DNA from: Lama glama
Lineage: Eukaryota
Length of the DNA stretch: 64,000 nt
Direction: 5' to 3'
Assembly: GCA_028534125.1 (NCBI GenBank)
Contig: CM052818.1
Span: 15,812,001-15,876,000 of the forward strand
Shown: positions 1-13,625 of the stretch, piece after piece
How positions within the stretch are numbered: position 1 is the stretch's first letter
Layout of the letters: every line of letters starts with the position of its first letter
Notes under the pieces: model-generated
Seen by the model: the letters and a program-made list of their open reading frames with translations, nothing else
Told to the model about the DNA's origin: nothing
The model's database searches: none
Position numbers and translations under genes: made by a program

Positions 1-2203
1 CACTAGCTTCCTTCTAAAATTCATTGTCTGGGAACACTCACCCAGGTTATCTGATTCTACAAATCTCTATGCCTTTCACTATCTTTGAGCTACTTTACAA
101 CTTTGTAAGTTACAAATAACTGTTATGAATGCAAATAATTCTTATTGATAGACATAAATATAAGTTTTGTTTGGTGGAATTATAATTAACACCTCTCCTT
201 CCCCTACTATGTCATACATCAATTTTCCATCTATGTTAGGTTACTTTGAATTCTTCTTTGAACCAGTTATAACATGCTACTGGTTTACTCCTTAATTAAT
301 GAGTTAAACAAAATGCTTGACATGTTTTGATTTTATAGTTGTATGAGAATCATAATTATACTCTAAGTTATTCTTTAACAACTGAAAAATGCAAACGTTA
401 ATAGGTAAAAGAGACTTTGACTTGACTGTGTTTCTGAATTGGTCTTAGCAAAAGTCTTCTTATTACTATAAATAAAATCAATAGTTGATTCTACTGAGTT
501 ATGAGTAGAAGATGTTTCACCAACGGTTTGAAATCTAGATTTTAAACAAATAGAAATAATAACAACAACTAAACAATATACCTGGAGAAAAAAGTAGCTA
601 AAGAAAAACATCATCAAATTTATCAAAAGCTCTTTTACATTTTGTGCTTCATAGTCCTAAATTCAGATGATCACCCTCTGTCTTTCACTGTTTCTTTTAC
701 TCTGTCTTTTCTAGGGTAACAAGAACAAAAACAACAGTACAATACTTAAGAATTCTTGAAGTGACTCAAGTTTGGGCATATTTATTTTAAGAACTGGCAT
801 TAGTTTTTCATAAAAAAATGTAAAATAGGTGAAAGTCTTTAATTTTTCTGAATATATAAAAAAAGTTTCTAGAATGTTAAATTTTATCCAAGACTAGTGT
901 TTAGGACTTATGTAGGGATTTTAAAAATGTGCCTTTATTACCAAAACAATTAGCCTGTTTTTAAAACTCTGTTTCATGATATCAAGTATTGGATAAGTGA
1001 AAAATAAACAAAAGCAAAATTAGTATGTTCATTTACTCTGAATTGTTAGTGACTTCTAGGAAAAGTATTGTTCCTTCTAGGAAAGGAGCTTTTAATCATT
1101 GACTGTGGGATTTCAAGTATCTTGGTAGTTCAGTGTCAGCTGTTTTGTGGGGTCAACTCACACATTTTATTAACCTCTGAATTTTACCATATAAACTTCA
1201 TTTTATTTTGTTTAGTATATACTCTCTGATCTGTATAGTCACAATACTCACTCTCTGGTCTGTACACAGTTTGAAATATTCATCTTCGGTCTGTTACAAG
1301 GTACATTAAATAAATCTATTTTTTACAACAGGAACATTCAACTTGGGTCTAGTAATGTGAATAAACTTTGGACAAAATTAGTCAAATACCAAATACTTTT
1401 TACCCTATGGATTTAGCCAGTCAGCTTGAAATTTAATTTATACCAATATGCATGAAGATTTGGTGAAGTGGAAAACATTCTCCATAGGGACTAATCTACA
1501 CTATAAACTTTTCCCACTTGTAAAACAGGGGGTGATGGAATGTTTCAATTGCAAGAAAAGAAATAGCCATTATAGAGTAATAACCACAAGGAAAAGATGT
1601 GTTCCACCTAGAATGTTTATAACCTGCAGACTAAGAATGGGACCACCTGAACCAAGGATCCATCTTGCTCTTAATGAAATCTGAGCCAGATCATTGCGTG
1701 CTGGGAGTATCACTGTTGGAAATAGCTCTGTGACAAATGAGTTGCTCGATTCACCCAAGTGGATCTAACAACCATTTACCTGAACAGTTGGAGTCATTTT
1801 TCTGGCCTGAATGAGGTTTTAAAAACAAAAACGAAACAAAAACAAAAAGTCTGATAACAGCTCTGCTTATCTACCTTGCCAAAAGTACAGCTGGTACATC
1901 TATGTTTAATGAGATGAAGGGTGCATAAAATGTTTTGTAGATCATGTTCGGCAACATCTCAAGAGAAAGATTTAAGTTCTATTTGAGCAGCCATTTCCAC
2001 AAAGTCATGTTGGACGCCTAGGATTGATGTAAGCATCGCAGGAGGCTGGTGAGAAAAGAGGACAAAATCAAGTGGGTAGAGCTCTCTTTTCTAGGGAACT
2101 GCCTTCATTTTATACAATTTGTAAAAATCAGTGTTCTGTGAAATATTTCTTTGCCCAAAGAATTCCACTGCTAAAAATACTGTCCAAGAGCATTCCTCTA
2201 AAG

Positions 2204-2419
2204 CAGTGATTCTCCTCAGGGGCTGTTTTGCCCTCAGAGGACATTTGATAATGTCTATGATATTTTTTGGTTGTCACAACTTGGGAGAGCTATAGGCATT
2301 TACTTGGTAGAGGTCAGTAATCCTGTTAAGCACCTGGCAGTACACAGGACACAATAGCTCCCACAACTAAGAATTATCTGACCCCCAAATGTCAATAGCA
2401 CCACGGTTGAGAAACCCAG
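2204..2419 (+). mobile_element. MER20 hAT-Charlie DNA transposon
   Basis: Termini CAGTGATTCTC...GGTTGAGAAACCCAG, typical MER20 body, and an 8-bp TSD ctctaaag (2196-2203) / ctctaaaa (2420-2427). Confidence 0.9.
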
Positions 2420-2564
2420 CTCTAAAACATATCTATGATTTCCATAACAGCTGTAAATTCTACTCAGAAGAGCTGGAAAACATTGATTTTACAATACCAC
2501 GAATATTATTTTTCTTTGTTTTCTAGAAAAACCCAAGGATTTTTTTTTTCTTTTGAGAAACAGC

Positions 2565-2722
2565 CCAGTGTTGCGAGAAGAGAAGATATATAATTAGATG
2601 TAGGTTCAAATTTTGGCTCTTCCACTTATTATCTCTGTAGCCTTGGGATGTTCCCAGATCTTTCTGTTTCTTCCTTTGGAAAATGGGGATGATAATACCA
2701 ACTTATTGGATTATTGTTGAGC
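2565..2722 (+). mobile_element. MIR SINE
   Basis: MIR core: ggttcaaattttggctcttccacttatt...aaaatggggatgataatacc. Confidence 0.75.
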
Positions 2723-2864
2723 TATTTGTTTGTTTATACAAAAATCAAATATAAAATCTCACCTTTGGCAGTTACATTTAAGTAAAACTCTTTAATAACA
2801 CTCTCTGAGGCAATGGAAATTTAAATATACAGGTGCTACTGATTGGCTCCGGCCAAGACAGGAT

Positions 2865-3110
2865 TAAGGTTCTATTTAGCTTAACTAAACTTTAGACAGG
2901 GTTCTTCCTAACTTTAGGCCCCTACCTTCTTTTCCTTAGAACATTTACTTAAAAAAAAACTTGTAACTGCAAATTCTTCCCTGCCTCCCTTTTAAGTGTA
3001 TATAAATCTCCCAGGATCGTATTTATAGCCAAGGAATGTCTTTCTCAAGAACCTGGTTCCTGTCTCTTTAAAGAATAAATATAAAAAAGATAGAGTCCCT
3101 ATCTCCTAAT
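2865..3110 (+). mobile_element. ERV1 LTR fragment (MER34/MER39-like)
   Basis: ccttagaacatttacttaaaa..cttgtaactgcaaattctt..caaggaatgtctttctcaagaacctgg resembles the MER34/39 LTR. Confidence 0.7.
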
Positions 3111-4099
3111 ATCTTTATTAATATATTAGTCAAAAAGAGATCCCTGACTGAAGGTAGGTAAGAATTTCAAAACTGCAAGGCTTCAGGAAGTTAGTTGCAG
3201 CTCAATTTCTGGCTCACTATCTCCGACTAAGTAATAAAAAAACAAAGAAATTACTACTTCTATGCAGGATATACTGTTACTAAAAACCCTTGACATTGTG
3301 TGCTTCTTTGGAACTTTGAATTTAAAATGTTTCCTGTATATGCATTGAGAAACTTCCTGTCTCATGCGTGCTGTCCGAACTTATTCTTACCTGTCCTTGG
3401 ACGGTATGGCTGAGAGAATGTTTCTTTTTGGCAAACTGTCACCTCAGTTAGTCTGAAGAGGGGCCTTGACTGGTAGCATAGCTGACATTCTGATCTGATC
3501 CCAGGAGGCAAAGACAGACACGCTGTCATGCTTCCTGTAAAACGGCTGCTATGCAGAACAGTCCCCTATGGTGGGAATACGGAAGATTTCCCTGGAGAGA
3601 GACCTGCATGTGGGTTTAGATTTACTGCAGATTCACTTGATTTGGTAGATGGATTTCGATGGAGATTCTTATTATTAGTCAGCCTTATGTTTTTTTAATG
3701 TTCCTTGGTGGTATTCCCCTGTAGCTATGTCTTGGCTCCACAAACACAAAATCTCAAGTTTAATGATTGGTATCCTCCCTGGAGATTTTCATTCTTCTCC
3801 CTGCTTTGCTCCTGGAATTCTCTATAACCTTGTGGAGCAAACCAAATCAGCACTGAGAGTATGCATGCTCTTGAGAGTTTAAGATAATTTACAATAACCT
3901 CATTAATTGGAGTCAAAAGAATACTTCACTATTCAGAAGACTATGGATATCTCAGTTATTTGTTTTCATAGGTGGACTTGCTTTGCTAGAAGTACCAAAG
4001 TATGTATTTATTTGAGTAGCTAGTTATGTCTTCTTTGTGTCCTGCTGGTGGTCCAATTATCCTCTTAGCTTTCTGGCCCAAAGTTCATGCTGTCTGGAT

Positions 4100-5260
4100 T
4101 AGAGAGGATGCATACTAAAAAGTGCTTTAATAAAGAAACCTTAAAATTTAATAGTTCAAATGAGACAAAAGTTTATTTCCCTCTTGCACAGTGGTCCAGT
4201 ATGGTCCAGTGTGAGTGTTACAAGTCAGCTCTGCACAGTCCTTTAGACAATAGGTTAATGTGCCATCAACACATGATGGTCACTGCCATGCTGCCATTAG
4301 AGAGGGAGACAAACTGAGGACAAGTCTCAGAAATTTCCTCTTAAGAAAGTGAGGCAGAAGTGCACACCATTTTGACTTACATTTTGATGACCTGACCTTA
4401 GCTAACTGGCTGCCTGCAAAGGGACTTAGGAAATTTAGGCATTATCTGACAGCCATATTTCAGCCTCAAGTCATGGTATGGATTACAGGGAGGCATATTT
4501 TGCTGGCCATCCAACAGTGTCTTCCATATTATCTTCATCTTCCCAAACTCTGGGCTCCTTTACATGGAACCATGGGAGTCTCTAAGTTGCTCTTCTATGC
4601 CCTCCAAGGGAAATGGGGAACTCTTCTCCCTGGATCCACTCTACTATAGTCCCTTACTGGCCCCAGGCAGAGGTCTTCCCCATATTTAGGTGATTAAGAG
4701 ATTTCACCCTCTGTCTTCATGAATATGACCCTAAATTTCTGGGGACACCTGTCAAATTCTTCCAACAACATTATCACTATTCCCCACCCTACTCCCATGG
4801 CTGAGCCAAGAGCAACTCCAAAGTGGGCCTGTTCCCTCCTCAGTGGCCTGATTGTTAGGTGTGGAGTGTGCCTTCTCATTTTGCAGGTACCTCCAATAAG
4901 GATTCAAGGAATTCTCTTAATCAAGAAGATCACATGTCCTATAACTCCATCAATTCCTCTCTTTCTGCTTTCCAGTAATTTTGGAGAAGCTGGGCAAAGA
5001 TTGGCTGGGTGATGACTGGGGTTACAGAAGCTGTTGAGCAACTTATTAATAAGTTCTGAGGGAAACATTTAGATCCAACTGCAGATAGTTGAGAATTTAT
5101 CCCCCCCTTGTTACTTGGTCCTAGTTGTCAATTCTGGGATAAGAACAGTCATACTCAAAATACTTTCTTCAAGATCTTGTCTATACCCATACACTATTTT
5201 ACAGAGTTGTCATTGTAGCACAGATCCAACTTTTAGTCAGTAATTGGTCAACATTCAGTA
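4100..5260 (-). mobile_element. Old MaLR (MLT1J/K-like) LTR plus adjoining internal sequence
   Basis: Reverse MLT1-type LTR motifs (aaagtttatttccctcttgcacag, gacctgaccttagc..ctgcaaaggga) to ~4520, followed by degenerate MaLR/ERVL-like internal sequence. Confidence 0.5.
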
Positions 5261-6623
5261 ACTAAACAATACTCCATGGTATTCTTCTTTAATAAGTTTT
5301 AAAAATCTTATTATCAATGTCATAGTCTTTGTAGGAAGTTTAGAAACTACAGAGAAAAAAGGTCTATTTTGTAATTACTCCATATACAAACTGATGACTT
5401 TTGAGATTTTTAAAAAATGATTTAAACAATGAAAAAAAAGTAAAACCCTAAACTTATGATCAAGGGCCACATCAGTGAAACAGTTCCATTTTGATTCAAA
5501 CTCTGCTGGTGACACGTCAACTTTTTAAATTAAATACAAAATGTTGTTAAGTGTAGAACAAAGATGCTTATGAAGAAAATGAAGTTCAGGTGAAAGGAAA
5601 AGCAATGAAAAGGGCTTATCTAAATTCATGTCTCTAGACCAGAAAAATTATATCCCACGATACTGTAATCCCTTACAGTGATGACAAATTGAATAAAGCA
5701 CAAAGAAAAAAATAGTATAAATAGGCAAAATGTAGGAGAAAGATGTATTCCTAAAATACATGAAAGATAAATGCTACATAGAATCCCTGTCAAAAGTTCA
5801 AAATACATTATTGGTTTTATTGAATTTCTGCATTGTATATCATTCTTACATTTTGAACTTTAAAAATTCTTAACTGCAATACAACCTGTGTTTCCTTCAC
5901 ATTATTTCGTGATACTCCACTTATCGTATATTACATTATGTTTCTATATGGAATCTACTGTTAACTTTCAAGTAAAATTTTCACACCATCTGTGAAATTT
6001 TTGTTTTGTAATAGATTTTAATATCCTTAATATTTTAAAGTTTATGCTACTGCAATAAATGAGAAACAGTGCCTTTTGAGAGGTGAATATAACAATGTTC
6101 CTTCATACCCACCAGCATTTTCATTGTGTGTACATTTTACCTTACAAATATGATTACAGCTTATTTTAAATTTAAGAAGCAAGTTAATCCCTTGCTCTCT
6201 ATACTTTATGATCCTTTCCAATATATTCCCATATGTTTTTTCCCATAATCAATGAATATAAAAATTTATATTCTATCTTTTTTTAAACATACCAAACATA
6301 ACTATTTTTCATAGGGTGTTTAGGTTTAAAGCCATGTTTTTTTAAATGGCTACCTAAGATCTTTTTGAGAAGTCATATGTTAATTGATATCTGGGTTATT
6401 CCTAATATTTTACTCTTAAAATTGCATGACTAATATTTGGTTTCATTTGTTTTTTAATTGAAATGTCCTCATTACCATTGTTGGACTTGAAAATTTCTAC
6501 TCATTTTTCAAGACCCAATTTAAACATAATTCCTTCCATACAAAGTTTTTCTGAACCTAAAATTTAAGATTATTCTTCTAGCAGAAGTTGGCATACCTTT
6601 TCTGCAGTCCTGTGTGTACCTAC

Positions 6624-6922
6624 TATTATGGACTGACTGTATTCCCCCAAAATTCATATGTTGAAGACCTAATTCTCAATGTTATGGTATTTGGAGGTGG
6701 GGCCTTTGTAAGTAATTAAATTAGATGAAGCCATGAGGGTAGGACACTCATGATGGCCATGTTAAGCACACAACAAGAAGGCAGCAGTATATAAGTAAGG
6801 AAGCCGGTTCTCAATGGCAATCAAATCTTCTAGAACCTTGTATTTAGATTTCCCAGCCTCCAAAACTGCAGATCAAGCCACCCAGTCTATGGTATTTTGT
6901 TATAGCAGCTGGAGCTAAGACA
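6624..6922 (+). mobile_element. MLT1A/A0 MaLR solo LTR inserted in an L2 remnant
   Basis: Starts tattatggactgactgtattcccccaaaattcatatgttgaag and ends gccacccagtctatggtattttgttatagcagc..ctaagaca. Confidence 0.85.
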
Positions 6923-7124
6923 TCTTCCTGCATTTCCTCATGTGTCATGCTGAACTATAACTGGTTTCCTATATGTGTCCTCCTTCACATTATAAACTGG
7001 TAGGGAGTAAAGAATGTGTTTAATCATTCTTATGCATTACTAATTTTGGCCAAGTATTTACCAGGACAAAAATTTCATTTAGTAACAGTAGTTAACAGTT
7101 ATAAACCTTGGAGCTTTATTTTCT

Positions 7125-7380
7125 TGAAACCCTAGTCTTGCCACATCTTACCTGTGTGACCTTGGACAAATTACTTCCCATGCCTCAGTCTTCTCATTCA
7201 TGAAAGAGGGCAATAATAGTGACTAGCTACTAGTAATAATAAGAACAATAAAGAATACATCATAGGTTGTATCAAAGATTAAATGTGTTAATTAGTGCAA
7301 AGTGCAAAGAAAGTGTCCGGCGCATAGTATGTACTCATTTCATATCAGGCAGTATGACTACTACTGGTATTATTATTATT
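7125..7380 (+). mobile_element. MIR SINE
   Basis: ctgtgtgaccttggacaaattactt..tgcctcagtcttctcatt MIR core with a (tat)n tail. Confidence 0.8.
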
Positions 7381-7769
7381 TTCCAAATATGTGTTGGAAG
7401 AATGCTACACTGTATACAAACCATAGGGGTATACATGTACTTTTGTTGGGATTAAAATTTTTAAAAATTAGATTACATTACTATAGGCTATCTGAACCAT
7501 ATAATCATAGATTTGGAAGAAATATAGCAAAGGGCCTCATTCACTTAAGTTTCCTCAAACTTCATCTTTTAAACAAATAAAGGAAAATTTAAAGAAAATG
7601 ACCCAGGTCACATGATCAGTTTGTAGAGGAGAAATTTTACTTGACATCTTTTATATTTAAAAGCTGCACATTTAGATTAACTACAAACCCATTATTTTCC
7701 CGTATCAGTTTATAATAACAAGTTAAGCAGATAATTACTTCACTTTTCTGCTCTCTATGCATAGTGAAA

Positions 7770-9160
7770 CAGTTATGTACTAATGGAAAAATGTTCCACG
7801 TGGCTACCTGGAAGACAGAAAATGTACCTAATAAGTTTTCGATCTGGTCAAGAAGATTCTGAAGCAGACTGCTGAAAGTCCTAACTGATTTCTTTTAGCT
7901 GCTTACGATCAGCACAGGAAGATAGGTATAGGAAAGAATTACATAATTTTCAGGCCAAATATAAAAAAGCTATAGGAATTCCAGGAAAGTATTTCCAGTC
8001 AGCAAGTTCCTCAAAAAAATGCCTCAGACAAACATCCAATCCAGGGCAGTGCCAGTAAAATATGGCCACGAGATCAAGATTAAATCCAGGGTGGGTCTGT
8101 AAGACTTTGGTGAGGTTTAAGGCAGAGCCTCATAGACCCTCCCAGCTAAACCAAAGATCTTCTAAGGCTCCTACAGATGCTGTCTTATAGCACCTTGACT
8201 CACAGTCCATGAAGAGAGGAGGCTGTCTCCAAGGGGATTTTTGTAGGTATGGATTTGCCTCATCAGCTGGGTCACAAGTTAATGTATAGAAAACAAAGCA
8301 TTTCTAAAGAGATTATATCAATGTGGACGAAATCTGACAAAGAAAATTCAAGATGGGAAAGGGAAAATGCTGAGGCTCTTACTCAGCTGTCAATATGACA
8401 CAGAGGATGGAGCCAAGAGCCAGCAAGAAATATCCTCAGTGAACAAAACAGGCCAGAATTCAGGAACATTTCCTGCCCTCATTGCAGGAGAGACTGACAG
8501 CAAATGCCCAGTTAAGTTTCCCAGTTGACATGAACCAGTGACTCCTCTGGGCTGCCCATTTTCTCTTATTTGAGCAGGAGTGTCGATGGGTTATCCTGTC
8601 CCCGACTTCTCACTGTGCACTCTATCTGCTGGGACTGGGGGCATGAAGTAATATGTCCATTTAGTTTCCAGGTCTTCAGAATGAATAGAACAATATTGGT
8701 GGAACGGCACTTAAGGACACAAACCCTAGGAATCTAGACCTGATATACATGATACTCTCTATTGAGTTTGAGCCTGCTGTTGATGTGGAATCAGTTAAGA
8801 TGAGGTCACAGTGCAGGGTGGCTGGGCCCCCAATTCACTGTAACTGGTATGAAGAGACACAACAGGGAGAAGACAGCCATGTGATGATGGAGACAGAGAT
8901 TACAGTGAAGCATCTACAAGCCAAGAAATACCAAGGATTTCTAGCAAACTCCAAGAGCTAGAGGAGGCAATAAAGGATATTCCTCTACAGGTTTCAGTGG
9001 CAGCATGGCCTTGCTGACACCTTGACTTCCTGCTTCTAGCCTCCAGAACTACTGCGAGACAATAAATTCCTGTTGTTCTAAGTCAGGAAGCTGATATGGG
9101 GGTGCATGTATTTTTGCCTGTCGGAAAAAATGTAAATGACTTGTAGCCCAGGGAAGAACT
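7770..9160 (+). mobile_element. MaLR internal sequence (MLT1H-int-like), interrupted by an MLT1C fragment
   Basis: gtggctacctggaagacagaaaatgtacctaataag...ttcttttagctgctta is typical MaLR internal sequence and runs directly into the MLT1H LTR. Confidence 0.65.
8790..9085 (+). mobile_element. MLT1C-like LTR fragment nested in MaLR internal sequence
   Basis: gttaagatgaggtca..gaagacagccatgtgatgatggagacagagatt..acaagccaag..agcatggccttgctgacaccttgactt..agcctccagaact. Confidence 0.8.
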
Positions 9161-9640
9161 ATGATAGATTAAAAGTGACTAAATTGTGTGCCACATCTCT
9201 GTATGAGAGATTCTTTCCTCCTCTTGACTCTGGCTGATCTTATCACTTTATTTAACCAACAGAATGTGAAGGAAATGATTCTGTTTAACTTCAATGACTT
9301 GGTCTGAAAGAGATCTTCAGCTTCTGCTTTTGTACACTGCAAATATTTTCTCTCTCAATATATTGAGAGAAGTCCAGGTCACATAGAGAGATCATGTGGA
9401 GGAGAGCTGAGGCCATCTGTTTGACAGCCCCAGAGGAGCTTAGAGCTAGCACAGCAGCATTAACTGCTAGTCATGTGAGCAAGCAATCTTGGACTTTCCA
9501 ACCAGCCAAAGCTGGGGAAGACTGAAGCAGAAGCACCTCAGTGAACCCAGGCAACCTACAGACTCCTGAGGAATAATAAGTGATTTTTGTTGTTGTAAGC
9601 TACCAGATTTGAGGTATTTTGTTATGCAAGCCAAAATATC
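9160..9640 (+). mobile_element. MLT1H-like 3' LTR
   Basis: cctcttgactctggctg..aaccaacagaatgtg..ctagtcatgtgagcaagcaatcttggac..gttgtaagctacc..tttgttatgca. Confidence 0.75.
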
Positions 9641-9654
9641 TTTGTATACTAAGT

Positions 9655-9800
9655 GATCATTAGGTGCCAGATACTGCCCTGGAAACTTTGCATTCATTGT
9701 CTCATTAGATCTCCACCAAAATTCATGTTAGGTATTATTCCCATTTTTGATATAAAGAAACGGAAACTCAGTGAGATTAAGTTAGAAGGTTTCCTGGCTA
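9655..9800 (-). mobile_element. MIR SINE
   Basis: taggtattattcccatttt..ggaaactcagtgagattaag is the reverse MIR core. Confidence 0.7.
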
Positions 9801-11149
9801 GAAAGGGACTGAGAAAGGAATCCTATAGAGATATCCTAAAATTCAGTCTGTGTACTTAAAATTAATATAATTTTATTAAATGACAGCATGACCTTGGTGA
9901 GTCATTGACTCTCTTTGTGAACGGTTTTCTCTCTCAGAAAACTGATAGAAGCTTCACTGTAATCCACAGGTCTATTTTGATAACTTTAGGCATATAGAAA
10001 ATTACTTATGTAGACTAAAATCTGATACAAATATACAGTGAATCTATTATTTAAATCTATATTTTATCTACAAGTGAAAGGCATAAAAACTTTTGTTTTC
10101 AACTGAAAATAAAATGTCTCATTTTAATATTTTCATTAGTGCACTTACTGTCCCTTTAATTTTGTGTATATATTTTCTGTCAGTACTGGTGAGAGGAGCT
10201 CCATGTAAATAGTAAAATAGTAAAATAATTTTCCTCTAATTTGAAGGCAAAGACAAACTCAGAGGCACTGGAAATGCTTTAGTCTTTTCATTGCATGTTT
10301 GTTTATTCACAATATTCATTAACTTTCAGGTTGTGTTTTCAAACACTTTGTGCGTTAGCTTGATTTTCACTGAATTTATTTCTTTGAGCCATGTCCCTTT
10401 CTTTTCTGGAGCCAAACCACTAGAGCTGAAGGCATTTTGCTGGTATTAAAACGCACACTCACATATCCGCACAACTGCATGAGCATTAGGAAGATGGCAA
10501 GGGACATTAATTCAGAGGAACCTAGTGTGTCAGGTGGCCAATTGAAGCCTGGTCCCAAGGATATGGTTTTTCTGCTTGTCCCCAGGAGACAGGTGTTCAA
10601 TGAAATGTATTCACTGAAATGTATTCACTGGAGAAGTATTTGTTTTCTTTAGGAAAGTAGTCAGCTTAAGAAGGCATTGTTTTTACAGTTTCCAATTGCA
10701 GCAATATTACACAATATACAAGCACATTCAAGGCCAATTTTTTTTTCTTACTCATTGGTGCCACAGCTCAGCTTCATAAAAATGAAATAGCATTGTCCTT
10801 TGGAACATATGGGTTATTATTTAATGGGGAAACAAGTAAAATTATACAAATACATGTATGTTTGTAGCTACAGATACAGGTATAGAAATAGAGATAGAGA
10901 TAATGACATGGATAATGATATACTCAGAGCCATAGCATTTAATAATAGCCTCTCACAAATGCATTCTGCGCTTTCTTCCTGAAATCGTTCTTCACACTGA
11001 TATTCCCTTAATCAAAACTCTCTCCCCTTGTCTAAGCTTAAGGATCAGCCTCATCACCTTGATGGAGAGAGTCTTGTGCAGTCAAGGTTCAAGTACCTCC
11101 TTCTAGTCTCCACACATATCACCATACTAGTCAAGACAGATTTCTCATT

Positions 11150-11525
11150 GTCCTTCAGAAAAATTATGTATGACTTTACTTATGTAACTTTGCTCCTGTA
11201 ACTGTGTCCTCCTGGTCTGGAATGATCTATTTGCTTCTCTGTACTTGTGGAAGACAAACTGAATTCAAGCTCCATAAAGCCTGCAATAAATGTTTCCTCT
11301 TTCAGTGATTTTTTTTTTCTGTCTCTGAAATTCTGTAGCACTCACTGCCTCAACCACTCTCTTGGCATTTTGCCCTGCATTTTTACTTATCATTTTATGT
11401 ATGGATCCTGTCACCCCAAAGAGCTTGTCAGGCCTTTAAGAGCAGAAACCTTGTCTCATGACTATTTGTCTTCATTGCCTGATACAGAAGCCCTGTGGGT
11501 AATATGCTCATATTAGTATTTGATG
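11150..11525 (+). mobile_element. L2 LINE 3' fragment
   Basis: Degenerate L2 3' end (tttaagagcagaaaccttgtctc..tgcctgatacag..atgctca). Confidence 0.55.
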
Positions 11526-12130
11526 CTGATGATTTTAATTAATTTCAGTTATGCACAGATCATATGCTAAACTTACGTTCCTGGTCTGTCACAGTCTTGG
11601 CATTAGAGAGTTTTTATTTGTCATGACTACATGTTAACATAGGCAAAGCAACTGTAGACATTTTGGTCCAAAATACTTTTTCTTGTAAACTATTATATAA
11701 AAGCTGACAGGAATAATTCTTGACTAAATTGACTAAATAAGAAGATATTTACAAAAACAGCAGAGAGGTCAACTAAGTTCATGCTAGAGGACAGTTGCCT
11801 AAAAGAAGCCTATACTGAAAATGCTGTGAAAATAAACTTCTGATAGGTAGAATCCAGGTTTTTCTATTCTTATATGTACTTTCTTAGGAGGGCCTAACAC
11901 TAGACGGTTTGTGCGATTCTTTGTATATAGACTGAGCTAAATCCCATGGGGATCTGACTACGTCCTTCCCTCCTTGAGACGTTTTCTTTCCCTGGGTGAA
12001 ACTTACATCAAATGTTCTCTTCCCTTAAGCACCAAAACCTTAGCTACAATCTCACTCTCACTGTAAAACCCTCACTATGTTATCTATGACAGCGCATCTA
12101 AGAATTCCATAATAAACCATTCTAGGCTGG

Positions 12131-12650
12131 AGTGACACGCAGAATAATAGTCTCCCAAAGATTTCTACATCCTAATCCCCAAAACTGCAAACAGATTAGG
12201 TTACATGGCAAGGGGGAATTAGTACTGGGGCTAGAATTAAGGTTGCTAATCTGCTGATTTTGAGATGGGAAGTTGGTCCTGGATTATCTGAGTAGGTCAA
12301 GTGTCATCACAAGAATACTTACAAATAGAAGAGGAAGGTAGAAGAGAGGATACCAGAGAGATAGGAGCATGGGAAAGACGTAGCCCAATGTTGCTTGCTT
12401 TGAAGATGGAAGAATAGCTCCAGGAGTCAAGGAAGACAGGTGGCCTCAAGAAGCTGGAAAAGGCCAGGAAATAACTTCCCCTTATGGCCTCCAGAAGGGA
12501 TGCAGCCCTGCCAACATGTTGATTTTAGCTTGGTGTGATCCATTTCTGACCTCTAACCTCCAGAATAGTTAGAAAATAAGTTGGTATTGTATTGTTTTAA
12601 GCCATTACACTTGTAGTAATCTGTTGTAGCTGCGACAGGAAATGAAGACA
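12131..12650 (+). mobile_element. MLT1D MaLR solo LTR
   Basis: gcagaataatagtctcccaaagat..ttacatggcaagggggaatt..ctttgaagatggaag..gcctccagaagggatgcagccctgccaaca..caggaaatgaagaca. Confidence 0.88.
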
Positions 12651-13199
12651 TGTGGTGCTTTTAATTGATGGTTTGAATAGTCTCCTAAAACAGGAAGGGG
12701 AAAGAACCCTAGTCCCTGTGTCACAGGTGGTTTATAGATTAGCATTGTCCACTTAAATTCCAGTTCCTCACTCTAGGCTTAGTGCTTCCAGCTCTTTAAA
12801 GTTGTTTCGCATCCATTAACTCACTAATGTCTCACACCATGGCTGTCCAGTTGCTATTTTAGGGATTACTATCTACATTTAATTGATGAGGAAATTGAAG
12901 GTAATGTCAAAAACTTACATTCATGACTCAGTAGAGTGAGGTCTACAACAGAGCAGAGAGAAATGAAACAAACTTGGAATCTCAAATATTATTTGCTCTT
13001 TGTTTCTAAGTCACCTTAGAATAATATAATCCTTTATCATGTTTGTACCATTGTATGATTATTCCCAGAATTAGTATTATGATTTACATTTAGAATGTGT
13101 GAGAGGTCATGTCCATAAAGAACTGTAAAAGCTAGAAAGGGAAATGAGTCATTTGTCATGATCTACAGTATTTCAGAATTCATTCAGATCCTTGTCTAT

Positions 13200-13625
13200 T
13201 TCTTAAACCACATTTCCTCCTGTTCTTTCCTGTCCTCCTGCCTCACCAGTCTTTCTTTCTGTGTCTTGACACACTGAGCTCTTTCCCACCTCAGGGCTTA
13301 TGTACTAAATGTTTCTTTTATCCAGAATGCTTTCACCCAGATTTTTCCATGCCTAACTCTTTCTCTTCATTTAGCTTAAATTTCACCACTTAACACCTTT
13401 CCTAATCACCTGGTCTAGAGTGGATAGTAAATTCTGTCACATGTTTAATTTTCTTTTTAGCATTTATAACACACTGGCAATATTCCTTTGTTTATTTTCT
13501 ATCTCCCCACCCTTGCCCCTTTTACTAGAATGGTAAATGTGGAAGCCAGAGCCTTGCCTGCGCTGTTCACAATGCTTAGAATATTGCCAGGAAGATACTG
13601 ATTCCTTGTTGAAGGAATGAATGGT
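13200..13625 (+). mobile_element. L2 LINE 3' end
   Basis: ttcccacctcagggctt..ccagaatgcttt..ctagaatggtaa..ttgttgaaggaatgaatg L2 terminus. Confidence 0.75.

Noticed and set aside
10601..10630. 14-bp direct repeat TGAAATGTATTCAC twice
   Set aside because: A simple local tandem duplication with no spacers, so not CRISPR-like or otherwise structured.
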